From Octopus sinensis (taxonomy: Eukaryota), in contig NC_043022.1 in assembly GCF_006345805.1 (NCBI RefSeq), positions 7,440,001 through 7,504,000 of the forward strand: a DNA stretch of 64,000 nt, given 5' to 3'. Below, in pieces: positions 12,901-25,559 of this stretch. The number at the start of each line of letters is the position of its first letter. Positions within the stretch are counted from its first letter, which is position 1. The notes under the pieces are model-generated. The model saw nothing but the letters and a program-made list of their open reading frames with translations, did not search any database and was not told where the DNA came from. Made by a program: the position numbers and the translations under genes.

Positions 12901-13990
12901 AGCATCATCATCCACAGCATCATCGTCCCCAACATCATCACCAGCATCACAGCATCACCAGCATCACCATCACAGCATCAGCATCACCAAGCATCAGCAT
13001 CACCAGCATCATCATCACTAGCATCAGCATCCACCAGCATCACCATCACCAGCATCATCATCACTAGCATCAGCATCACCAGCATCACCATCACCAGCAT
13101 CACCATCACCAGCATCAGCATCACCAGCATCAGCATCAGCATCACCAGCTCATCATCACCAGCATCAGCATCACCAGCATCATCATCACTAGCATCACCA
13201 TCACCACATCAGCATCACCAGCATCATCATCACCAGCATCATCATCACCAGCATCATCATCGCTAACATCATCATCACCAGCATCATCATCACTAGCATC
13301 ATCATCACCAGCATCATCATCACCAGCATCATCATCACTAGCATCATCATCACCAGCATCATCATCACCAGCATCATCATCGCTAACATCATCATCACCA
13401 GCATCATCATCACGACCATCCTCATCACCAGCATCATCGTCCCCAACATCATCACCAGCATCAGCATCACCAGCATCATCATCACCAGCATCATCATCAC
13501 CAGCATCATCATCACGACCATCCTCATCACCAGCATCATCGTCCCCAACATCATCACTAGCATTACCATCACCAGCATCATCATCACCAACATCATCATC
13601 ACCAGCATCATCATCACCAACATCATCATCACCAGCATCATCATCACCAACATCATCATCACCAGCATCATCATCACCAGCATCATCATCACTAGCATCA
13701 TCATCACGACCATCCTCATCACCAGCATCATCGTCCCCAACATCATCACCACCAGCATCATCATCACTAGCATCATTATCAGTAGCAGCATCATCATCAC
13801 CAGCATCTTCATTGCCAGCATCATTATCATCATCATCATCAAAGCTAGCATCACCATCATTAACGTCATCACTATCTCGACCATCGTCGCCATCATCCTC
13901 ATCACCACCACTACCACGAACACCAGCAGCACTACCATCATCATCATCATCATCTTCACCATCTCCACCACCACCATCAGCAACAACATT
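6984..13990. repeat. ~7 kb ATC-derived minisatellite with a 15-bp period (agcatcNNcatcacY) and degenerate ATC-rich flanks
   Basis: Units agcatcatcatcacc, agcatcagcatcacc, agcatcatcatcact and agcatcaccatcact repeated hundreds of times; scattered 1-2 bp indels. Confidence 0.97.
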
Positions 13991-14367
13991 AACAGTGCCG
14001 GTTTGTTTTTTCCTTTCTCTCTTCCTCGTCCGGTCCCAAGGGAGGTAAGCCGAACACGTTGCTTCTATCAGTTAAGCGTCACTAGCTCAGATAACTTGAT
14101 AGCAATCCGGAGAGATGTGTGATATATGGGTCCCATACCACCACCACCACCACACCGTCCAACCTATACACTGCTGCACCAAGAATATCAAGAACTACAA
14201 CACTAACAACAACCACACCACAACCACATCCACTATCGTCATAACAACTCAACGCTAACAATACCAACAGGAAGGAGCGCAAATTCATCATCAGTGACGG
14301 CTAATAATGTTTCATCTTTACAAACTCTACTGACATTACTATTTCAACTGCTACTACTAGTACCTAT

Positions 14368-14597
14368 TTCTTTACTACCCACAAGGGGCTAAACACAGAG
14401 GGGACAAACAAGGACAGACATAGGTATTAAGTCGATTACATCGACCCCAGTGCGTAACTGGTACTTAATTTATCGACCCCGAAAGGATGAAAGGCAAAGT
14501 CGACCTCAGCGGAATTTGAACTCACAACGTAACAGCAGACGAAATACCGCTAAGCATTCCGCCCGGCGTGCTAACGTTTCTGCCAGCTCGCCGCCTA
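14368..14597 (-). mobile_element. SINE family M, full monomer
   Basis: Reverse complement of the head, central domain and tail type 1. Confidence 0.9.
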
Positions 14598-14621
14598 CAA
14601 GAACAACAACAACAACAGCAG

Positions 14622-14855
14622 TGGAAGCGCAATGGCCCAGTGGTTAGGGCAGCGGACTCGCGGTCGTAAGAACGCGGTTTCGATTCCAGGACCAGGCGTT
14701 GTGAGTGTTTATTGAGCAAAAAACACCTAAGCTCCACAAGGCTCCGGTGAGGGGGGGCGGGAACCTCGCTGTAGTCTTTCACCACAACTTTCTCTCACTC
14801 TTTCTACCTACTTCTGCCACAAAGCAGAGGAACCATGGTGTAACCCACTATGGTG
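14622..14855 (+). mobile_element. SINE family T (tRNA-derived)
   Basis: A box TGGCCCAGTGG and B box GGTTTCGATTCC; homologous copies at 18374, 49357 and 56905-57138 (-). Confidence 0.85.
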
Positions 14856-14999
14856 TGGTAAACTAGCACCTTGGGCAAGTGTCTTCTGTTATAGGCCCCA
14901 GTCGACCAAATTTTGCGAGTGTATATGGTAGACAGAAATTGAAAGAAGCTCATCATATATGTGTGTGTGCGCGTGTATATACATATGCGTCTATGTGTG

Positions 15000-15042
<43 letters not shown>

Positions 15043-15925
15043 TGTGTATATAAATGTGGATGTGTGCCTCAGTGTGTGTGCATTTGTGCGTCTGTCTGCA
15101 TTCATACACTTGCAGTTACAAGCACAGAGCAAGTGAAGCAAATAATTGCTCTCTGTAATTAATCAATGTATATTAATTTTTTTTATATTAATAATAATAA
15201 CAATAATAATAATATTAACAATATGAATAACAAGACAGAAACAAGAACGAAATTGATTAATAATACCTATGTGCCTATGTATGTCTTTGCATCTATATAT
15301 ATATATGCATACATGTGTGTGTGTATATATATATATATATGTGTGTATGTGTGCGTTTGTGAAATTATATACGTGCACACATATACACATGTATATTGCA
15401 TAAATATGCAGATTGATATCTATGTACATAGGTATTTATATATATATATATACATATCTATACACAAGTGAGAGCGAAAATTCCTCCATTGTTGATTATG
15501 TATAAGCATGCTAACTTTATGATTCTCTTTACACGCAAAATACATCGCTGGATCAACAGTTATTAACCTTTTTGACAATTTGCTTTATACTCTTATGCGT
15601 AATACACATTCCATTCATCCTCCTGTGTTTGTTAGTTTGAACAGAAACTAGTCCTTGGAGATTCGAGAATGCCAGTGTAATGGAATGTTTTCATGAATAC
15701 GAATATATGTTTACATTTCGCTTGTCTTTAATAAGAGAAGTATTTATCGCTAAAATGCTGCTACTTCAGTTCAATATAGCGGTTCTCAATCGTATTTCAT
15801 GCGTGCGCTGTCATATATATAGCTTCAACTCATTGACGTCCATAGCTGCAGAAATATACTTCAGAATATAAGAACATATTTATACATATACATATAAATA
15901 TATATATATATATATATGTATCTCT

Positions 15926-15957
<32 letters not shown>

Positions 15958-15960
15958 CTG

Positions 15961-15998
<38 letters not shown>

Positions 15999-16264
15999 CT
16001 ATATATTATCCATAGGCTTACAAGTATATGCATATATTTATATATATAACACATATAGCATATATGTGTATACACATATATATATATATATATGTAAATA
16101 TACTTATAAATATATATATGATTATATATATATATATATGTCTGTATATATATATATTATATATATATATATAATATATATATATATGTATATATATATA
16201 AATGTAATATATATGTATATATGTTATATATTTAAATGTATTTGTGTATATATGTATTTGTGTG

Positions 16265-16296
<32 letters not shown>

Positions 16297-16877
16297 TCTA
16301 TGTACATATATATATAGATATATATATATATATGTCATTTATTCGGCACTCTGTGGAACAAAAGGTCCTCTTCCAGCTTAGTATATTATTCGCACGCTTT
16401 AGAGCCTACTGGCCAAACGTTTGGTATAACCTTGTAACCTTACAGCTGAAGTGTGAGAGGAAGAGAGAGAGTGAGAGAGATATGAAGTGAAAGAAAATGT
16501 GAGAGCGAGAAAGAGGGACAGGCAGACAGATGGTAAATGGAAGCAGGAGAGAGGAAGAGAGAGTGAGAAAAGAAAATATGTGTCAGAGAGAGAGTGAGAG
16601 AGAGAGGCACAGAGTGAGAGAGAGAGAGGGAGGGAGAGAAATAGAGAGAGGCAAGTAGACTGATGCTGAGGGGATGATAGTGTTTGGATGGGTGAGTGAA
16701 TGAGATAGAAAATAAAAAGAAAATGAACGCCATAACGAAGTGAAAGGATCGCACATCGTACCCCAGGTTCAAGCAATAAGAGATTTTGTTTCAGTGTATT
16801 TTTAGTGACAAAGAAATTTTCGATTTTCTGGAACCAAATCGTAAACCCTCTAAATCAGATCGCCGATTATTATATAT

Positions 16878-17470
16878 TCTTTTCTACTTTAGGCACAAGG
16901 CCTGAAATTTTGAAGGGAGGGGGCCAGTCGATTAGATCGAGAACAGGGTGCGCATCTGTGGATGAAAGGATTAAAGGTAAAGTCAACCTCGACGGAATTT
17001 GAACTCAGAACGTAGACAACAAAATACTGCCAGCTCGCCGCTTGCATAGATCTTTATATATTCTTTTCTACTCTAGGCACAAGGCGCGAAATTTTGGGGG
17101 GAGGCGGGGCGGTAATTTAGATCGACACCAGTATGCAACTGGTACTTAATTTATCGATCCCGAAAGGATGAAAGGCAAAGTCGACCTCGACGGAATTTGA
17201 ACTCAGAACGTAGACAACAAAATTCTGCCAGCTCGCCGCTTGCATAGATCTTTATATATTCTTTTCTACTCTAGGCACAAGGCGCGAAATTTTGGGGGGA
17301 GGCGGAGCGGTAATTTAGATCGACACCAGTATGCAACTGGTACTTAATTTATCGATCCCGAAAGGATGAAAGGCAAAGTCGACCTCAGCAGAATTTGAAC
17401 TAAGAACATAGCGACGGGCGATATACCGCTAAGCATTTCGTTCAGCGTGCTAAAGACTCCGCCAGCACGC
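16878..17470 (-). mobile_element. SINE family M multimer (tail type 2) with a near-identical ~198 bp tandem duplication
   Basis: The block starting cgacggaatttgaactcagaacgtagacaacaaa occurs at 16990 and 17188. Confidence 0.85.
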
Positions 17471-17676
17471 ACCCTTTCGAAATAATCTTTCTTGCTATAG
17501 GCAAAATGCCAAGCGTCATTTCATTCGTTTTGGGGTTCTGACTTTAAATATCGCCGAGGTTAACTTTGTTTCTCGTCCTCTCGGGGATGATATTTATCAG
17601 TACCTGTTGAACACGGTGTTGATGTAATTGATTTGATCCCTCCGCGAAATTTCTGGGCTTGTGTCAAAATTTGAAA

Positions 17677-17704
<28 letters not shown>

Positions 17705-17716
<12 letters not shown>

Positions 17717-18270
17717 GGAGTAAACACATAAATGTGAAACAAGGTGGAAAAAAGAGTACTCAAATACCAGTGTGCGTGCGAGACGGTTTGCGTGAATATA
17801 TGTACACATGCTTTTATGTGTATATTTAGATTCATATTCATACGTCTGTATATGTATGTATGGCGTTTACGCGCATCCTTTTGTGTATGTTGATATATAT
17901 ATGTAGATTTTAATATAAATATGTATTGCAGTATTTATAACAGGTTTAATTTCTATGCATTAATTTGTACTGTCTTCATTAACGGCAATAGGTTTTTTCC
18001 TCGGTTTTTCCCTCGGATTTTATATTTTTAAGTTTTTTTTTTTTTTTTTTATATATATACATATATTTTTGACCTTTTGTTTATCGCTCGAAGATTGACC
18101 GTTTTTTCTAAAGGGCCAATCAAACAAGTCCATTTCTTTTTAAACGTGTAGCGTTTGTAAGAGTATAGATTGAATTAATATATAAGTTCCATTCTAGCAA
18201 AAACTGTCTGATGAACGGCAACGAGAAACTCAGAGTAACAGATTTTGTTGAATTTTCTGCTGCTTAAAAT
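17705..18270 (+). mobile_element. Probable Penelope-like terminal-repeat derivative ending in an HHR motif
   Basis: AT-rich repeat-like tract terminating in the HHR at 18204-18241; the PLE assignment is inferred from the HHR association. Confidence 0.35.
18204..18241 (+). ncRNA. Minimal type I hammerhead ribozyme candidate
   Basis: CTGT-CTGATGA-ACGGCAACGA-GAAA-CTCAGA-GTA-ACAG; helix I CTGT/ACAG, helix III ACT/AGT. Confidence 0.6.
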
Positions 18271-18273
18271 AAA

Positions 18274-18311
<38 letters not shown>

Positions 18312-18313
18312 TA

Positions 18314-18345
<32 letters not shown>

Positions 18346-18373
18346 ATGTGTGTGTGTGTGTATGTGTGTGTGT

Positions 18374-18492
18374 GGAGGCGCAATGGCCCAGTGGTTAGGT
18401 CAGCGGACTCGCGGTCGTAGGATCGAGGTTTCGATTCCAGGCGTTGTGAGTATTTATTGAGCGAAAACACCTAAAGCTCCACAGGCTCCGGC
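18374..18492 (+). mobile_element. SINE family T, 5' part
   Basis: ggaggcgcaatggcccagtggttagg...gtttcgattcc. Confidence 0.85.
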
Positions 18493-18496
18493 ATAT

Positions 18497-18560
<64 letters not shown>

Positions 18561-20180
18561 AGAAAGAGAGACAGACAGACAGAGAAGGAATATATGAAGA
18601 AACAGGAAAATACAGAGAATATAACAAACACAGACATGCGCATTCCTGCATCAGTTGTCGACCAAACATATACACATGTATATACATGTACATACATGTA
18701 TAGATTCCGAACACCCACACACACGAATACATCTCTACACACATGTTTGAATCTGCATATAACTGCACACTGTGTTTGCTGGTGTGTTTCACTCTGCCTA
18801 CGAGCAAGTCCCTAGACTTGGACAATAAACGTTAGCATATAGCCATTGAAAATTTATCAGTTAACGTCCATTAATATTTAGCAGACGATCTCTCATTCAT
18901 GAACTCTAAGTAAAAACCAGGAATAAAATATGAAGCAACAACTACCAAAACTCAAGAAAAAAAACTGCGAAAGTCATAATAACATCATCTACATCGTGAA
19001 ATAGAGCTGGTTATGCATATATTTTGTAACATCTACTTCTCAATTCCCACCGTTACGAAATAAAATATGCATACGGATGGAAGTCTGTTTATATTTGTTT
19101 GTTTGTAGGTAACTAGGTAGCATATATATATATATGTATACACACACACGCACATATGCATATACACATAATCTCTCACACACACACACATATATAATAT
19201 ATACATGCATGCAAATATATATTCACTTATATATATAGACAAACACACACACATATATTTACACAGTCGCCTTTGTTGTTCTATATATACACACACATAT
19301 GCATATACACACACACACAAACACACGTAGACGCACTGTGATACTCGTACACACATACATACATACATATACATGCACGCAAATATATATTCACTTATAT
19401 ATATAGACACACACACACACCACACACACACACACACACATCGCCTTTGTTGTTGTGTATATACACACACATATGCATATACACATACTCTCGCAAACAT
19501 TATATATATTTGCATACATATATATGAGTTCTCACTCTCATGCATATGTTTATACACACGCACACACTAACACACATAGACGCACTGTGATAATAGTACA
19601 TACATACATACATACATACATATAAATGTACGTAAATATATATTCACTTACATATATAGACACACACACACACACCACACACACACATATATATTTACAC
19701 AGTCGGCTTTGTTGTTGGTTTCGTTTCGTATTAATAATGACGGATAGATTGATAATCGGCATAAATCATTCCCCCGCCAGCAAGGTAGGAATTTTCCTCA
19801 CCAGACTCCATCGATCTACAAATCAATTACCCGCAATCAATTGTGAACGACATATATTCCTTTATCTATCAATACAGCCAAACTCGGCAAGCAAATATTG
19901 TAGACCAGGCACCGTGTGATAGAGTGGGGATTCCCGTTGCATTATGTATGTATGTATGTATTAATGCACATATACATAGATACATATATGTATATATATA
20001 TGTACATATACTTACATATAAATGCACATATGCATATATTTATGTACATATATTTACACACACCACACTATATATATAGGCGGATATAGATATACGCACA
20101 TATACATTATTAATTCATATACTCAACTATACACACACACGCATGTATATAAACATTATTATATATATATATATATATTA

Positions 20181-20211
<31 letters not shown>

Positions 20212-20635
20212 ATATATATATATGTATGTATGTACATGTGCGTGCATATGTGTGTGTGGTTTTTCCATTATTCGTTCCTAGTGATTATACAGACTGCGTA
20301 GTTTGATAATTTTCATATCTGACTCATAGAATTGGCGCGTTTTAGATGAATTTAAATACATACACGCACGCATATATATATGCATATATACATAATATAA
20401 ATCTATACGTATGTATTATATATATATATTGAAGTAGATAAATGAATTATCTTATTACGGATAATTCAAATGATAACCGATACCTGGGTAGCAAAAATCA
20501 CAACAGAAAGAGCACAGTTGAAGTTACGACCATGGGGCATAAAATCCGTTCCTTAGTGCAGAAATTTGAAGTTTTATATATTAAGTATAATAAAGAATGG
20601 AGCTGAACGAAGATTTAACCAAATTCCTTTATTTT

Positions 20636-20721
20636 ATTTTCGACATATGTTTCGAAGTCTGCAAAGTCCCTAATTCCGAGTGAATAAGGAGTCCATTTTG
20701 CAGCTTTCTCTTCAGGAAAAT
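20636..20721 (-). ncRNA. Canonical type I hammerhead ribozyme
   Basis: Minus: ATTTTC-CTGAAGA-G[stem II gaaagctgcaaa...tttgcagacttc]-GAAAC-ATAT-GTC-GAAAAT. All core nucleotides are present, helix I has 6 bp and helix III is palindromic. Confidence 0.78.
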
Positions 20722-21272
20722 CCAGGAACTTAATTCTCCAACAAAATGCACAACAAGCTTTTCGACAAACGCTCGCGAGGAGCCCATGAAATTAATGACA
20801 CAAAATGTCTATCTATATGCGTTGACGCCAGTATATATATATATGTATTGTTGAAGAAAAACCTGAAAGAACTTGAAAGACTTTGCGCGCACGTGCACGG
20901 CGCAAGAGCCTCCTCGGCAGATATCACTTGTATCTAACGTTCTCGGGTGCCACAGTTCCTGTAGTCCATTCCGATACCTGAAGTTCTTCGTCGGTGACAT
21001 TCCCGGTACCGTCGATAATCTCTTGCTCGCAGCAGTTGAATTTCAGTGCCCTTATGATATCGGAATGCTTAAAGTGCTTTGCTCTCTCTTTTTCTTTTTG
21101 ATTCAGTTGAAACATCCTTTCTAAATTCTTCCAATACCAGTCGAACTTTGAATAACAAAGTACCTTACATGATTTTGATATTTGGAAGTTTCTGTATGTA
21201 TATATGTGTATATATAGTCTCAATGAGGATATTTAAACCTCTTATGGGGATAATTATCCCAGATACGCCTGT

Positions 21273-22073
21273 TTAATATATTATATTTTGAAGTGTCTCT
21301 GCTAGTTCCTCAACGGTTACGATGAGGTTTTCTTTCATCAGGGTTTGCAGGACGTCCTCGCCGAGCTTTCCTGATCTTCTAGGACGAGGTTCGCTTTTTG
21401 TCCGATCCCCATATACTGCATTAATATTCCTCACACTTTCCGATGCCTTGTTGCCTTTAGTGAACTCATAAAGCAAAATATACCAAATATGCAAAATATC
21501 TCTTTCTTTCTCTTTTACTTGTTTCAGTCATTTGACTGCGGCCATGCTGGAGCACCGCCTTTAGTCAAGCAAATCGACCCCGGGACTTATTCTTTGTAAG
21601 CCAGTACTTATTCTATCCGTCTCTTTTGCCGAACCGCTAAGTGACGGGGACGTAAACACACCAGCATCGGTTGTCAAGCAATGCTAAGGGGACAAACACA
21701 AACATATACGCACACACACACATATATATATACATATACATATATACGACAGGCTTCTTTCAGTTTCCGTCTACCAAATCCACTCACAAGGCATTGGTCG
21801 GCCCGGGGCTATAGCAGAAGACACTTGCCCAAGATGCCACGCAGTGGGACTGAACCCAGAACCATGTGGTTGGTTAGCAAGCTACTTACCACACAGCCAC
21901 TCCTGCGCCTATATACCAAATAACTGTTAAAATCTTCAAAACTTGCACTAAGAACAAGGTAAAATTACTACCTGTTTTTATAGCAATTTGATCCAGGTAG
22001 TTTATCCTATCTCCCTCTGACTTTTAGTTCATGCAATTGAAAAAAACCGCATTATTTATGGGATGACCCAATA
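21273..22073 (-). mobile_element. Mariner transposon 5' end (TIR plus deleted transposase N-terminus), interrupted by a SINE
   Basis: TIR rc tattgggtcatcccataaataatgcgg at 22047-22073, flanked by TA; translation HIWYILLYEFTKGNKASESVRNINAVYGD...LMKENLIVTVEELAETL resembles the mariner HTH region; homologous to 63646-64000. Confidence 0.8.
21505..21910 (-). mobile_element. SINE family C, full length
   Basis: Reverse complement of the 4762-type element. Confidence 0.92.
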
Positions 22074-22092
22074 TATATCATGTGTGTTTATA

Positions 22093-22514
22093 GGCGCAGG
22101 AGTGGCTGTGTGGTACGTAGCTTGCTTACCAACCACATGGTTCCGGGTTCAGTCCCACTGCGTGGCACATTGGGCAAGTGTCTTCTTCTATAGCTTCGGG
22201 CCGACCAAAGCCTTGTGAGTGGATTTGGTAGACGAAAACTGAAAGAAGCCCGTCGTATATGTGTGTGTGTGTGTGTTTGTGTGTGTCTGTCTGTGTCTGT
22301 GCTTGTCCACCCCCCACCCCTCAACATCGCTTGACATGCGATGGTGGTATGTTCACGTCCCCGTAACTTAGCGGTTCGTCTCAAAATGCCAACCGATAGA
22401 ATAAGTACTAGGCTTACAAAGAATAAGTACTGGGGTCGATTTGCTCGACTAAAACGTGGTGCTCCAGCATGGCCGCAGTCAAACGACTGAAACAAGTAAA
22501 AGGATAAAAGAATA
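22093..22514 (+). mobile_element. SINE family C, full length
   Basis: Complete head-to-tail match to the family. Confidence 0.92.
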
Positions 22515-23712
22515 CTCATTATACCTAACTGTCATTTTGAGAACAAGTTGCTTTTTAATAAACATATCCGCACAACACAGATTTCAAACATTTGTTGGAG
22601 AACATATTTACTGCACATCATATATATATATATTGCCTGACTAGTTTGCGATCAAAGTTTATTTACCAAAAGTAGTATATTTTGTCTATAAATCAATAAC
22701 ATGCATTCTATATACATGTAATATAAATATGATTACGACATGTCCTTTGTATATACAAAGATGATACTGCTAAATATACATACACCACAATAACTAAATT
22801 TTATTCTATGTACGTTCACTGAATATGAATGAATTTCTGTATAAAAATATAATATTAAAATTTTATGTACTAAGTTATGCTTATTTGAATAATATTGTAT
22901 AGAATATGTTTCAGTCATTTGCTACTGTGTATTATCATACATCGCTGAATAGAATTTAGATATTTCTTCATTGAATCTGTTTTTTGGGGTTTTTTGGGAA
23001 TGCAGTTGGAATGGTATTCGTGATGGCTTCTTGCTATATATAGAATTTCATGCTTAATAGATTGTAGTCTCTTGTAGTCCGAGGAAAAATCGTCCAGCCG
23101 TTTCTAACTAGCAAAAAAAAAAAAAAAAATATTCCTGCACAAATAATTTCGTTATAGTGTTCGTGAGTTCGAGTGCCTATGTCCTCGTAGCTTAGCGGTT
23201 CGGCCTAAGAGAACGACGGAATAAGTACCAAACTTAAGAAAAAGGAGTATGTGCTGGGGTTAATTCATGCGGCTAAGCATTCTTCAGGGTTGTGTCCCGG
23301 GATGGCCGGATTCTAATGACTGAGACAAGTGAAGGATGAAAAATACACACACACACACATACACACACACACACACCAAAGTGATGTAAAACAAAGTTGA
23401 CTTAACGTAATTTGAAATAAAAACCAAAAGAGCCGAATGAAACGTTACTAAGCATTTGGTCCGCAGTTATCACGTTTTTGCCAGCGCACCATCCTATTTA
23501 TGTCATACAGCTGTTGGTAAACAATAGTGCTGGTGGTAACAGGATTCGAACGCGTGAATCACCTGTTCACTATATTTAGGACGACTGTGATGACAGGAGA
23601 GTGTGTACCTACAACTCGGTGCATCGTTCAAACCAAGGACTTCATCCAAAAAACACCGGTTTTTGCAAATGGGCCACACATTTCGTAAATAAACATCTTT
23701 TATCTTTCATAT

Positions 23713-24098
23713 TTTACTTGTCTTAGTCATTAGACTGCGGCCATGCTGGGGCACCGTTTAAAGAAATTTTAATCCAATGAATTGACCCCAGTACTTATTT
23801 TTGTAAAGCCTGGTAACTATTCTGTCGGTCTCATCTGTAGAAACGCTCAGTTACAGGGACGTAAACACATCAACACAGGTTGTCAAGCGGTGATAGGACA
23901 CCCTGAAACACTGATAAGTATATATATATATATATATATATATTTGAGTAGAAAAATGAAATATCTTTTTATGGATAATTCGTTTAACCGATACCTGGGT
24001 AGCAAAATTCACATCAGAAATAACACGGTTGAAGTTACGTGCCTAGGGCAGAGACTAATTTGTCGTTCAACTCCATTCTTTCATTTATTCATAAATTT

Positions 24099-24153
<55 letters not shown>

Positions 24154-24297
24154 TATGGGCCCCTTTCTGTTTCCGTCTACCAAATCCACTCACAAAGATT
24201 TGGTCAGCCTGAGGCTATAGCAGAAGGCACTTGCCCAGTACGCCACGCAGTGGGACTGAACCAGGAATCATGTAGTTGAGAAGCAAGATTATTCTCA
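23713..24297 (-). mobile_element. SINE family C, fragmented (tail 23713-23895, head 24158-24297), with another repeat fragment between
   Basis: Family matches at both ends; the middle accgatacctgggtagcaaaa segment also occurs at ~20477. Confidence 0.7.
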
Positions 24298-25559
24298 CAT
24301 TAATTGTATAATACATCATCATCAGAAGTAGCTGCGTGACCATCATCAACATCAACGTCGTTATCATCATCCTGCCACCATAACAACCATCCGCCTCTTC
24401 CTCCACCTCCTCCTCATCATCGTCATCATCATCACCCACCACCACCATCATCATCGCTACCACCAGCAGCAGCAGCATCGCTATCATCACCATCCTCCTC
24501 CCCCTCATCATCATCATCATCGCTACCACCGCCAGCTGTATCATCACAATCATCATCACCATCTTCCTCCTATTCCTCCTCCTCTTCATCATCATCATCA
24601 CCGTGTCCAGTAGCACAATCATGACTATAAGCTTCACCCAAACGCCCCACCCCCAAAACCTTCATTGCTGTTGCTCCTCCTGTAGCATCAATGTCATTAC
24701 ATTTCTTTTTTCTCTCCCACCCTATATATCACCACAACCACCCCACCACCACCACCACCACAACAACAACAACAACTACCACTACCCGCTCCTATATGTG
24801 CCCTCTGCTCTTATCATGTGATGATTCTACACAACCGTTGGTCCCCAAATCCCATTGGAGGAAACATCTCTGTTCGTTATCTCACCGCACATCACCCTAA
24901 CCTCATCAACCCACCCGTCTCACTCAGCCTCCTCAACATCTACTTCTTCGTTTAATTTTTAACCCATTTCTAACATGTCATTCTCGTCTAAACCCAGCCC
25001 ACCCCTGCCACCCTGATTTCAACAACATTAGAGCACCCATCATCTCTAATCTGTTATTCTCGTGTTATATACACTCCTATTTCAACACACACCCGAATCC
25101 TGCTTGTTTCTCCTAAGCCCACCCGTGTATTAGGTATTTTGAAAACACACCCCTATACTGTCTGTCTGAACAAAACCATCCTTATTTTAGCTGCCCTGAC
25201 CTATCCTTGTTGCCCTTCGCTTATCGAAACCGCCTTGGATATTCTTGTAACACCGTTACTAACTTATCATGTATATATATTTTTTTAATTAACCTAACAC
25301 CCGTCACATTAATTTTTAAGCCACACCCTTCTTCATAGATGTAAACCCACCTTTACAGTCGCCGCCTGGCCCCCTTTCTGTTAGGGCTAAACCCACAGTT
25401 TAAGCTGTTGAAAATAGCAGTCAAGTCTTTTTCAAATCATACACTGCCGTTTTTAAACATGGGGTTTCGGTTTCAGTCCCACTGCGTGGCATCTTAGGTA
25501 GAAGTTTGACTGTGTGCGTGTGTGTATGTGTGTGTTGCGTGCGTGTTTTTGTTGATAAT

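Noticed and set aside
7071-13989. Met-rich minus-strand ORFs as reflectin-like proteins
   Set aside because: MLVMM repeats lack the reflectin Met/Asp motif and its Tyr/Arg/Trp content; they are a frame artefact of the GAT repeat
14082-14291. ORF with a signal-peptide-like start (MMNLRSFLLVLLALSC) upstream of the Asp-rich frame
   Set aside because: It lies in CAA/CCA low-complexity sequence that yields hydrophobic codons on the minus strand; no convincing splice link to the array
14622-14695. SINE heads as tRNA genes (also 18374, 40494, 49357)
   Set aside because: A and B boxes are present but there is no complete cloverleaf or acceptor stem, and they continue into SINE bodies
20873-21223. 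Overlapping ORFs in non-repetitive-looking sequence
   Set aside because: No recognisable domain and no consistent splice-site pair
23530-23600. T-arm-like GTTCGAATCC on the minus strand
   Set aside because: No matching 5' acceptor strand or D arm
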